Part shown: piece by piece, positions 10,047 to 17,805 of the stretch
Numbering within the stretch: the stretch's first letter is position 1
Layout of the letters: every line of letters starts with the position of its first letter
Assembly: GCA_051867635.1 (NCBI GenBank)
Contig: JBJDYT010000006.1
Location: 25,293-89,292 of the forward strand
Length of the DNA: 64,000 bases
From: Oscillospiraceae bacterium
GTDB lineage: Bacteria; Bacillota; Clostridia; Oscillospirales; Oscillospiraceae
Direction of reading: 5' to 3'
The notes under the pieces: model-generated
Seen by the model: only the letters and a program-made list of their open reading frames with translations
Told to the model about the DNA's origin: nothing
Databases searched by the model: none
Made by a program: the position numbers and the translations under genes

Positions 10047-10187
10047 AACTTCCTCCGCGGGCATCTGCGGAGCCGGGCTCGCGCAATGAATGCCGCGAAC
10101 CATGTCAGGCGGGGAACCGAGCAGCATTAAGCGGGACCGTTCATGTGCCGCGAATCCCCCGGCTTCGCAGATGCCCGCGGAGGAAGT
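10047..10187 (+). ncRNA. ffs: Signal recognition particle RNA (small bacterial type, about 140 nt)
   Basis: A long imperfect hairpin runs from CTTCCTCCGCGGGCATCTGCG to CGCAGATGCCCGCGGAGGAAG. The apical domain IV motif is ATGTCAGGCGGGGAACCGAGCAGCATTAAG with a GGAA tetraloop. It sits in the conserved position immediately upstream of dnaX. Confidence 0.88.
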
Positions 10188-10218
10188 TATTCTATGCATC
10201 CGGAAGGAGCGATGGGTC

Positions 10219-11943
10219 ATGTATCAGGCGCTGTACCGCAAGTGGCGGCCCCGGACCTTCGCCGACGTGGTGGGGCAGGCCCATATCACGGACACTCTGC
10301 GCCGCCAGGTGGCGGAGGGCCGCACCTCCCATGCCTATCTCTTCACCGGCACCCGGGGCACCGGCAAGACCAGCTGCGCCAAGATCCTGGCCAAGGCCGT
10401 GAACTGCGAGCAGCCGGTGAACGGCGACCCCTGCAACCGCTGCCCCGCCTGTCTCGGCATCGACAGCGGCGCTTTTCTGGACGTGCTGGAGCTGGACGCC
10501 GCCTCCAACAACGGCGTGGACCAGGTCCGCGCCCTCCGGGACGAGGCCATCTACTCCCCCGCCCATGTGAAGAAGCGGGTCTATATCGTGGACGAGGTCC
10601 ACATGCTCTCCACCGCCGCCTTCAACGCCCTGCTGAAGATCCTGGAGGAGCCGCCGGAGCATCTCATGTTCATCCTCGCCACCACGGAGCTGCACAAGGT
10701 CCCGGCCACCATTCTCTCCCGCTGCCAGCGCTTCGCCTTTAAGCGCATCACGCCGGAGGACATCGCGCTCCGCCTGCTGCAGGTGGCCCGAGAGGAGGGC
10801 ATCCCCCTCAGCGAGGGGGGCGCGGCGCTGCTCAGCCGCCTCAGCGACGGGGCGCTGCGGGACGCGCTTTCCTTACTCGACCAGTGCGCCGCCTCCGGCG
10901 GCCCGGTGGAGGAGGAAAGCATCCTCGACACGCTGGGCCTGGCGGGCCGGGTGCAGACGGCGGAGCTCATGGGCCATATCCTGCGCCGGGACAGCGGCGC
11001 GGCCCTGGCCTTGCTGGACCGGCTCTACCGCGCAGGCAAGGATGTCTCCGCCGTCATGGGGGAGCTGACCACCCTGACGCGGGACCTGCTCATCCGCATG
11101 ACCACCCCCCGGGGCGCGGGCATCCTGCTCTCCGGCGGGTATGACGACGGCACTATGGACGCCCTCTCCCGGGACGTCTCTCCCCGGCGGCTCATGGCCG
11201 CGGCGGAGGCCCTGCAGGAATACGCCGTCACCGCCGCCCGCAGCGGCGGCAGCCGGCTGGACGCGGAGCTGTGCCTGCTGCGTCTCTGTGATGAAAGTCT
11301 CTGCGGCGGCGAATCTGCCCTCGCCTCCCGGGTGGAACGGCTGGAGGAGCAGGTGAAGCGGGGCGCAAGGCCCGCTGCGGAGCCGCTCCCCGTTTCGCCC
11401 CCTGTCCCGGCCGCGCCGTCCGTTCCGGCGGCCCGGAGCCAGAAAAACGAGCCGGCTGACCTCCCCCCCTGGGAGGAGGAACGCCCTCCCCTGCCGGAGG
11501 AACCGCCCTTCGCCTACGAGGAGCCGCCCCTGCCGCAGGAGCCCCCCGCGGAGCGGGAGCCGGCGGCGCCGGCGTTCTCCGTCCGCCCGGCCAAGGCGGC
11601 GCTGGTAAGCGCCGCGGAGGGGGATACAACGATCTGGCGGGAGCTGCTGGAGCAGTATAAAAACCGCATCTCCCCCATGTACCGGGCCTTCCTCGGCATG
11701 GCCAGCGGCTGCCTCAGCGGCGATGTACTCACCGTCACCTGCGACACGGAGCTGACGCAGGAAAAGCTCAGCGACAGCGCCGTGGCCACCGTGCTGCGGG
11801 AGGTCACCTCCGCCCACACCGGGCGGGAGATCCGCCTGCAGTTCAAAACCGGCACGGTGGAGGCGGCGGCCGCGCCTAAACCCGGCAGCGTCAGCGACCT
11901 CATCGCCCTGGGCGACCAGTTCGGGGGCTTCACCGTCAAGTAA
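10219..11943 (+). CDS. dnaX: DNA polymerase III subunits gamma/tau
   Basis: N-terminus MYQALYRKWRPRTFADVVGQ, Walker A GTRGTGKTS, zinc module CNRCPAC, and a Pro/Glu-rich linker. A GGAGC RBS precedes the ATG at 10219. Confidence 0.96.
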   Translation: MYQALYRKWRPRTFADVVGQAHITDTLRRQVAEGRTSHAYLFTGTRGTGKTSCAKILAKAVNCEQPVNGDPCNRCPACLGIDSGAFLDVLELDAASNNGVDQVRALRDEAIYSPAHVKKRVYIVDEVHMLSTAAFNALLKILEEPPEHLMFILATTELHKVPATILSRCQRFAFKRITPEDIALRLLQVAREEGIPLSEGGAALLSRLSDGALRDALSLLDQCAASGGPVEEESILDTLGLAGRVQTAELMGHILRRDSGAALALLDRLYRAGKDVSAVMGELTTLTRDLLIRMTTPRGAGILLSGGYDDGTMDALSRDVSPRRLMAAAEALQEYAVTAARSGGSRLDAELCLLRLCDESLCGGESALASRVERLEEQVKRGARPAAEPLPVSPPVPAAPSVPAARSQKNEPADLPPWEEERPPLPEEPPFAYEEPPLPQEPPAEREPAAPAFSVRPAKAALVSAAEGDTTIWRELLEQYKNRISPMYRAFLGMASGCLSGDVLTVTCDTELTQEKLSDSAVATVLREVTSAHTGREIRLQFKTGTVEAAAAPKPGSVSDLIALGDQFGGFTVK

Positions 11944-12002
11944 ACAGCAAGTACACTATATTGTCAGAATACTATATTATAATGTCGGAAAGGAAACAAA
12001 GT

Positions 12003-12350
12003 ATGGGAAAGTATACAGCCCGGGGCGGCTTCTCCGGCGGCATGAGCGGCGCGCAGAAGCAGCAGATGCAGATGCAGAAGATCATGGAGCTGCAGCGGCA
12101 GATGGAGGAAAAGCAGAAGGAGATCGAGGCCCGGGAATTCACCGCCACCGCCGGCGGCGGTGTGGTGAGCGCCACGGTCAGCGGCAAGAAGGAGCTGACG
12201 AAGCTCTCCATCCAGCCCGACGCGGTGGACCCGGAGGATGTGGAGATGCTGGAGGACCTGGTCCTCTCCGCCGTGAACGAGGCCCTGCGCCAGGCGGACA
12301 GCACCATGTCCAGCGCCATGAACGCCTTCACCAGCGGGCTCGGCCTGTAA
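12003..12350 (+). CDS. ybaB: YbaB/EbfC family nucleoid-associated protein
   Basis: 115 aa with QKIMELQRQMEEKQKEIE...ATAGGGVVSATVSGKKEL...DPEDVEMLEDLV. It sits in the conserved position after dnaX. Confidence 0.92.
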   Translation: MGKYTARGGFSGGMSGAQKQQMQMQKIMELQRQMEEKQKEIEAREFTATAGGGVVSATVSGKKELTKLSIQPDAVDPEDVEMLEDLVLSAVNEALRQADSTMSSAMNAFTSGLGL

Positions 12351-12358
12351 GGGCCCAG

Positions 12359-12394
12359 GCCGGAGAGGAGCGCCGCTCCCCTCCGGCTTTTTTT
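12359..12394 (+). terminator. Intrinsic terminator of dnaX-ybaB
   Basis: Stem GCCGGAGAGGAG/CTCCCCTCCGGC followed by T7. Confidence 0.85.
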
Positions 12395-12482
12395 GCGCGC
12401 AAAGCAGCTTTCTTGCGTACGAACATGGCGCGTGATAAATTGCCCGGACAAGGCCGCCGGCAGGGGGAAGCGCCAGGCATGG

Positions 12483-12569
12483 AAAAGCATCCGCAGGGCC
12501 ACGGCCATACGGATGCTTTTCTGTTTTAAGGACGCCCCGCCGTGTCCCGCAGGGCGTCCTTTTTCTTTT
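12483..12569. terminator. Two further tandem hairpins in the convergent intergenic region
   Basis: AAAAGCATCCG/CGGATGCTTTT spans 12483-12520 and AAGGACGCCC/GGGCGTCCTT spans 12528-12561, followed by TTTTC. The second lies 15 nt beyond the stop of the minus-strand gene. Confidence 0.55.
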
Positions 12570-12575
12570 ATTCGC

Positions 12576-13349
12576 TTACAGGGCGGTGATGGTGTAATAG
12601 ACCGCGGCGGCAAACAGCACCACGCACAGCGCGCAGATGGCGTAAAGCGCCAGGGTCCCCTTGCACAGGGAGACCAGCAGCGCCGCCAGGCACAGCCCGT
12701 ACACGCCGAACAGCACCGGCTTGTCGCCGTCCGCCTCCAGCATGCGGAACCTGCGCCCCCGGAAGGTGAGGACGCCCTTGCTCCGCAGCGCCCGCCAGCT
12801 CAGCACCGCCACAGCCGCCACGGCCGCCAGGGCCAGGAGCATCAGCACCAGGGCGCTGGCGCGGAGGTAGTTGATGGCGAAGCAGCGGCGCCAGTACCAC
12901 AGGGCGCAGATGGTGGCCGTCAGGCTGGCGGCGATCCAGAAAAACTCGCTGACATACAGCTCATACACCACCGCCAGCAGCAGGGCGATGGGCACCGCGA
13001 AGCCCAGCATCCCGGCGGCGGCGGAGTTGACCTTCAGGCAGAGCAGCGCGGCCACGGCCAGAAACAGGCCCGAGCCGATGCAGCAGCCGCCCCAGCCGCG
13101 CACCCTTCCCCGGCCGCGGCGCAGCAGCACCACGCCCGCCGCCGCGATGACCAGCCCCACAAAGGGCGTCACGGTCAGCACCCGGGCCGTGGCCAGCATC
13201 TGCTGACCCGTTCCCCTGGTATAGAACTGGTGCACCAGCAGCAGGTAGGTCTCCAGCAGGCAGCCCGCCACAAACAGGGCCGCCAGCACGTTCATTTTTT
13301 CCTTGCTCTTTGCCTGCGTCTTTTTCAGCGCTCTTTTGGTTTTTGCCAT
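12576..13349 (-). CDS. Hypothetical polytopic membrane protein
   Basis: 257 aa with a basic N-terminus MAKTKRALKKTQAKSKEK followed by about 7 hydrophobic segments. I recognise no family motif. Confidence 0.6.
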   Translation of the reverse strand: MAKTKRALKKTQAKSKEKMNVLAALFVAGCLLETYLLLVHQFYTRGTGQQMLATARVLTVTPFVGLVIAAAGVVLLRRGRGRVRGWGGCCIGSGLFLAVAALLCLKVNSAAAGMLGFAVPIALLLAVVYELYVSEFFWIAASLTATICALWYWRRCFAINYLRASALVLMLLALAAVAAVAVLSWRALRSKGVLTFRGRRFRMLEADGDKPVLFGVYGLCLAALLVSLCKGTLALYAICALCVVLFAAAVYYTITAL

Positions 13350-13539
13350 CTATCGAAACCTCCAGCGAAGAGGGTCATCTCATTCCCCCATTTATTCCAT
13401 AAGCCTTTTTATTTTACCAGAGTCAGATACTATTTGCAAGGATATTTTCTCCATTCCCGTTCTGGCGGGCCCGTTTTTGTTGCGCGGCGGAAAGAAGTAT
13501 GGTATGCTGAAGGCGGATTTTTCAGCGGGAGGTGCGTTT

Positions 13540-14544
13540 ATGCGCCATATCAAGCGGATCTTGGCCGGGGCACTGCTGGCGGCGGCGCTGCTGCTGGGCG
13601 GCTGCGGCGGCGAAGCGGAATACACGGAGTTCTTCGCCATGGACACCTCCATGCGCCTGACGCTGTACGGCGACGCGGGCGCCGCCTCCGCCCGGGAGGA
13701 GGTCCTCCGCCTGGAGGAGGCTTTGTCCCGCACCCGGGAGGACAGCCTCGTCTCCCGCCTGAACCGGGGCGAGACGGTGCAGGATAAGGAGCTGGCGGCG
13801 CTGCTGCGCAGCTGCCTCGCCTATACCGAAGCCACGGAGGGCGCTTTTGACGTCACCATCGCCCCGGTGGTCTCCGCCTGGGGCTTCACGGAGGACGCTT
13901 ACCGCGTCCCTCCGGCGCAGGAGCTGCAGGAGCTGCTGACCCACGTGGGAAGCGGGTTCATCACCGTGGACGGCGACACGGTCGCTCTCGCGCCGGGGAC
14001 CTCCATTGACCTGGGCGGCGTGGCCAAGGGCTACGCCTCCGACCGGGTGGCGGCGCTCTGGGCGGAGGAGGGCGTGGAAAGCGGCCTCGCGGCCCTGGGG
14101 GGCAACATCTACTGCAAGGGCGTGAAGGACGACGGCAGCGCGTGGCTCATCGGCGTGCGGGACCCCGGCGACGGCGCGGCCTATGTGGGGACGCTGTCCC
14201 TTTCCGACGCCTTCGCCGTCACCTCCGGCGGCTATGAGCGCTGTTTCGAGGAAAACGGCAAGACCTACCACCACATCATCGACCCCGCCACCGGCTATCC
14301 CGCGGAGAGCGGCCTGCTCTCCGTCACCGTGGTCTCCCACGAGAGCGGCGCCCTCTGCGACGCCTTCTCCACCGCCTGCTATGTGCTGGGGGAGGAGCGC
14401 TCTATCGCCCTGTGGCGGGAGCTGGGGGGCTTTGAGCTGGTGCTGGTGACGGAGGACGGCCGGGTGCTGATCACGGAAGGACTGGAGGAGAGCTTCGACT
14501 CTTCCTCCGCGGCGCATCCCTATGAGTATGAGATCATCCATTAA
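13540..14544 (+). CDS. apbE: FAD:protein FMN transferase (ApbE family) lipoprotein
   Basis: Start MRHIKRILAGALLAAALLLGGCGG (lipobox) after GGGAGGTG. It also has FFAMDTSMRLTLYG, AFDVTIAPV, IDLGGVAKGYA and HHIIDPATGYP. Confidence 0.92.
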   Translation: MRHIKRILAGALLAAALLLGGCGGEAEYTEFFAMDTSMRLTLYGDAGAASAREEVLRLEEALSRTREDSLVSRLNRGETVQDKELAALLRSCLAYTEATEGAFDVTIAPVVSAWGFTEDAYRVPPAQELQELLTHVGSGFITVDGDTVALAPGTSIDLGGVAKGYASDRVAALWAEEGVESGLAALGGNIYCKGVKDDGSAWLIGVRDPGDGAAYVGTLSLSDAFAVTSGGYERCFEENGKTYHHIIDPATGYPAESGLLSVTVVSHESGALCDAFSTACYVLGEERSIALWRELGGFELVLVTEDGRVLITEGLEESFDSSSAAHPYEYEIIH

Positions 14545-14926
14545 GCGGAAATTCGGCCGGTGGGACGCGCTGGCGGCGGCCTTCGTGCTGCTGCTGGCGG
14601 GCCTGTCCTTTCTGCTGTTCTACGGCGGACGCGGCGGCGGCGAGCTCACCGCCACCGTCACGGTGGAGGGGGAAACCGTGGGGGTCTATCCCCTCTCCGC
14701 CCTGGAGGAGGAGCTGCTGCTGACGCCGGAGGGCCTGCCCTATCCCCTCTCCATCCGCCTGACGAGGGAGGGCGCGGAGGTGGTCTGGACCGACTGCCCC
14801 AATAAGGACTGCCTCCACACCGGGAGGATCACCCGCAGCGGCGAGAGCATCGTGTGCCTGCCCAACCGGCTCACCGTGCGCCTTTCCGGCGGCAGCGGCG
14901 CGGCGCTGGACGCCGCCCTGGGCTGA
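14522..14926 (+). CDS. NusG domain II-containing protein
   Basis: 134 aa with one N-terminal TM, then CPNKDCLHTGRITRSGESIVCLPNRL, which is typical of the NusG_II family found next to ApbE and Gx genes. It overlaps the apbE end by 23 nt. Confidence 0.75.
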   Translation: MSMRSSIKRKFGRWDALAAAFVLLLAGLSFLLFYGGRGGGELTATVTVEGETVGVYPLSALEEELLLTPEGLPYPLSIRLTREGAEVVWTDCPNKDCLHTGRITRSGESIVCLPNRLTVRLSGGSGAALDAALG

Positions 14927-14942
14927 AAGGGGGGCTTTTCAG

Positions 14943-15458
14943 ATGCGGCAAACCAAACGTCTGGCCCTGGCGGCCCTGCTGACCGCCCTGGCCCTGGCCC
15001 TGAATTATATGGAGCGGCTGTTTCCCCTGCCCCTGCTGATCCCCCTGCCGGGGGTGAAGCTGGGCCTCGCCAACGTAGTGACCCTCTTCGCCCTGTGCTA
15101 TCTCGGCGCGCCCATGGCCTTCACCATCCTGGGGGCCAGGGTGTTTTTGGGGGCGCTCTTCGCGGGAAACGCCTCGGCGCTGCTCTACTCCGCCCTGGGG
15201 GGCTTTTTTGCCCTCTGCGTCATGTCTCTCGCGGTGCGCTCGCGGCGCCTGTCACTGTACGGCGTGTCCATTCTCGGCGCCGCCGCCCACAACATCGGGC
15301 AGATCTGCGCCGCCCTCATCGTGCTGGGCAATACCGCCGTGCTGGGCTATCTCCCGGCGCTGCTCCTGGTCTCCGTCCTCTCCGGCACGGTGACGGGGGC
15401 GCTGTCGGCCCTGCTGTTCCGGGCCATGGACGCCACAAAGCTCCGCTGGGACGTGTGA
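14943..15458 (+). CDS. Gx transporter family protein (PF07456, often mis-named heptaprenyl diphosphate synthase component I)
   Basis: 171 aa, about 5 TM, with LNYMERLFPLPLLIPLPGVKLGLANVVTL. Confidence 0.8.
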   Translation: MRQTKRLALAALLTALALALNYMERLFPLPLLIPLPGVKLGLANVVTLFALCYLGAPMAFTILGARVFLGALFAGNASALLYSALGGFFALCVMSLAVRSRRLSLYGVSILGAAAHNIGQICAALIVLGNTAVLGYLPALLLVSVLSGTVTGALSALLFRAMDATKLRWDV

Positions 15459-15467
15459 AAAGCGGCG

Positions 15468-15698
15468 GTGCAGCACTTTTTCAGGAGGATGCGTATGTAT
15501 ACAGACAGCCGGGACAAGGAAGTGCAGCTGCTGAAAAGGCTTTGGACTTCACAGGCGGTGCTGTGTCCCAGGTGCGGACAGGCGGAGCTGCAGCACCTGC
15601 ACAAAAAGGCGAAGAAGAGCGACTGCGACTGGCGCTGCCCCGCCTGCGGGGAGGTCTACCGGACCATACAAATGCTGAAGGCGCTGCCGGAGGAATAA
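15468..15698 (+). CDS. Small zinc-ribbon protein (CPRC...CPAC), hypothetical
   Basis: It has CPRCGQ and CPACGE pairs 22 residues apart. The likely real start is the ATG at 15495 (MYTDSRDKE), 7 nt after GGAGGA. Confidence 0.5.
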   Translation: MQHFFRRMRMYTDSRDKEVQLLKRLWTSQAVLCPRCGQAELQHLHKKAKKSDCDWRCPACGEVYRTIQMLKALPEE

Positions 15699-15714
15699 AA
15701 AAGCGATTGACAAA

Positions 15715-15750
15715 GGGGAGGGGTGCTTCCGCATCCCTCCCCTTCCTCTC
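15715..15750 (+). terminator. Hairpin terminator after the zinc-ribbon gene
   Basis: Stem GGGGAGGGGTG/CATCCCTCCCC followed by TTCCTCTC, a weak U-tract. Confidence 0.5.
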
Positions 15751-15835
15751 GAAAAAGCGGCGCAGAGTTCGCGGCGCATGCCGCGAAAAAAGTGCAATCA
15801 TTTTCTGTCAGGGCGTGTGCCTGAGAGAGAATACC

Positions 15836-15868
15836 AAGAGGAGGGATGCGAAACGCGTCCCTCCTCTT
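15836..15868 (-). terminator. Hairpin terminator of mreB
   Basis: Stem AAGAGGAGGGA-N11-TCCCTCCTCTT, starting 5 nt after the mreB stop. Confidence 0.5.
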
Positions 15869-15872
15869 ATCA

Positions 15873-16901
15873 TCAGTTCATCTGCTTTCTTCTCGACAGG
15901 TTCATGGTGCCGTCCTGCATGGAGCCGATCTCGTCCAGGCTCTTGCCCGTGCCGATGGCCACGCAGGAGATGGCGTCATCCGCGATAACGGTATGGATGC
16001 CGGTGCGGGCGGTGACCAGCTTGTCAAAGCCGTCCACCAGGGAGCCGCCGCCGGTCATGACGATGCCGTTGGCGGAGATATCCGCCACCAGCTCGGGGGG
16101 CGTGCGCTCCAGCACGGAGTGGATGGCCTCCATGATGCGCTCCACCGGCTCCTCAAAGGCCTCCATCATCTCCGAGGAGGACACGCGCACCACCTTGGGA
16201 AGGCCGGTCATCAGGCAGCGGCCCTTGATCTCGAGATAGGTCTCCTCCTCCTTGGGATAGACGCAGCCCACCTTGATCTTCATTTCCTCCGCGGTGCGCT
16301 CGCCGATGAGGATGTTGTACTTGCGGCGCATATACTTCACCACGGACTCGTTCAGCTTGTCGCCCGCCACCTTGATGGAGCAGGACTCCACCACGCCGGA
16401 GAGGGAGATCACCGCGATGTCCGCGGTGCCGCCGCCGATGTCCACCACCATGTGGCCGTCGGGCTTGGTGATGTCGATGCCCGCGCCGATGGCGGCCGCC
16501 ACCGGCTCCTCGATGAGATAGACCTTCCGGGCGCCGGCCTGGATGCCCGCGTCGATGACGGCGCGCTCCTCCACCTCCGTGATGCCGGAGGGCACGCAGA
16601 TGATGACCCGGGGCTTGAAGAACTGGAAGCCCGCCACCTTGTGGATGAACTCCTTCAGCATCCGCTCCGTCATGTCATAGTCGGAGATGACGCCGTCCCG
16701 CAGCGGGCGGATGGCCACGATGTTGCCGGGGGTACGGCCCAGCATGGCCTGGGCGTCCGTGCCCACCTTCAGGAGCTTGCCCGTGTTCTTATCCATGGCC
16801 ACCACGGAGGGCTCGTTCAGCACGATGCCTTTACCCTTTACATAAACCAGCACGGAGGCCGTGCCCAGGTCTATACCGATATCCTTGCTCCAAGCGCACA
16901 T
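15873..16901 (-). CDS. mreB: Rod shape-determining protein MreB (actin-like)
   Basis: DIGIDLGTASVLVYVKGKGIVLNEPSVVA, VICVPSGITEVEERA and DIGGGTADIAV. I placed the start at the ATG at 16901, after GAGGTAGG. Confidence 0.95.
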   Translation of the reverse strand: MCAWSKDIGIDLGTASVLVYVKGKGIVLNEPSVVAMDKNTGKLLKVGTDAQAMLGRTPGNIVAIRPLRDGVISDYDMTERMLKEFIHKVAGFQFFKPRVIICVPSGITEVEERAVIDAGIQAGARKVYLIEEPVAAAIGAGIDITKPDGHMVVDIGGGTADIAVISLSGVVESCSIKVAGDKLNESVVKYMRRKYNILIGERTAEEMKIKVGCVYPKEEETYLEIKGRCLMTGLPKVVRVSSSEMMEAFEEPVERIMEAIHSVLERTPPELVADISANGIVMTGGGSLVDGFDKLVTARTGIHTVIADDAISCVAIGTGKSLDEIGSMQDGTMNLSRRKQMN

Positions 16902-16984
16902 AATTCCTACCTCATATTTTCTCAGAAATCTGTATTGCATCGCGGCGGCGCGTTCCTGCCCCGCCGCATACCGTCCTATTTTGC

Positions 16985-17013
16985 ATTATACAAACACTTT
17001 CCCCGTTTTGCAA
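16985..17013 (-). promoter_or_regulatory. Sigma-A promoter of mreB
   Basis: On the minus strand: TTGCAA, 17 nt, TATAAT. Confidence 0.65.
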
Positions 17014-17141
17014 TACCATTCTTTGTCCCATTCCCGCCTTCTATGTGGCGGGGCCTTTGTTAAAATCCCCCAAGGGAAGCGGCCGGGCGGCGCGCCGTCC
17101 GGCCGAGCAGGTTTCCATAACATTTTTAAAGGGCGGGCGCG

Positions 17142-17801
17142 TCAGTCCCGCTCCGCGCTCATGGCGAGCGCCGCGCAGACCACCTCCGCCGCGCCGGCCA
17201 GGCGCAGCGCCCGCGCCGCCTCGGCGAGGGTGCTGCCGGTGGTGAGGATATCGTCTACCAGCAAAAGCCGCCGGCCGGCGAAGCGCTCCGGCTCCACCGC
17301 TTCGTACACGCCCAGCACGTTGGCCCGGCGCTCCTCCGGCGAGGCGACGCCGGACTGTGGCGGGTTGTCCCGGATCTTGCGGAGCGTCCGCACCGGCTCC
17401 GTCTCCCAGAGGCGGCACATGCTCTTCGCCAGCAGCTCCGCCTGGTCGTAGCCCCGCCGGCGCCGGCGCTTTTCGCTCACCGGTACCCAGGTCACGAGGT
17501 CGAAGCGGCCGGAGAGCTCCAGCGCCGCGCAGCGGGCCATGAGCTCGCCGTAGCCCGCCGCGTAGTGGTCGCAGCCGCTGAACTTGAAGCGCAGCAGCGA
17601 CTCGCGCACCGCGCCCTCATAGTACAGCGGCGCGCAGCAGCAGCCGTAGCCCGCGCCTGTGCGCAGGGCCTTCTCCCCGGTAAAGGGCAGGCTCCGTTCG
17701 CATTCCGGGCAGACCGCGCCGCCCTCCGTCAGGGCGCCGCAGAAGACGCACTTGGGCGGAAACAGGAGATCCAGCACCCGCCGGCCCAGCTTGCCCGCCA
17801 T
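17142..17801 (-). CDS. comFC: ComF family protein (ComFC, phosphoribosyltransferase-like)
   Basis: N-terminal CVFCG...CPEC zinc finger and a C-terminal PRTase motif LLLVDDILTTGST. Confidence 0.88.
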   Translation of the reverse strand: MAGKLGRRVLDLLFPPKCVFCGALTEGGAVCPECERSLPFTGEKALRTGAGYGCCCAPLYYEGAVRESLLRFKFSGCDHYAAGYGELMARCAALELSGRFDLVTWVPVSEKRRRRRGYDQAELLAKSMCRLWETEPVRTLRKIRDNPPQSGVASPEERRANVLGVYEAVEPERFAGRRLLLVDDILTTGSTLAEAARALRLAGAAEVVCAALAMSAERD

Positions 17802-17805
17802 GTCC

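Noticed and set aside
10219-11943. Programmed frameshift or slippery site in dnaX, as in the E. coli gamma subunit.
   Set aside because: I found no A AAA AAG-type heptamer; the longest A-runs I saw are A5. No downstream stem-loop is evident.
12483-12569. Three consecutive hairpins after ybaB, considered as a possible small RNA or a 33-codon ORF (ATG at 12423).
   Set aside because: No promoter is visible. The hairpins are placed as expected for convergent terminators of ybaB and the minus-strand membrane gene. The mini-ORF has no RBS.
15468-15698. The zinc-ribbon protein, considered as the N-terminal remnant of an IS transposase.
   Set aside because: There is no DDE or HTH domain, no inverted repeats and no flanking duplications. 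It is tightly linked to the ApbE/Gx cluster.
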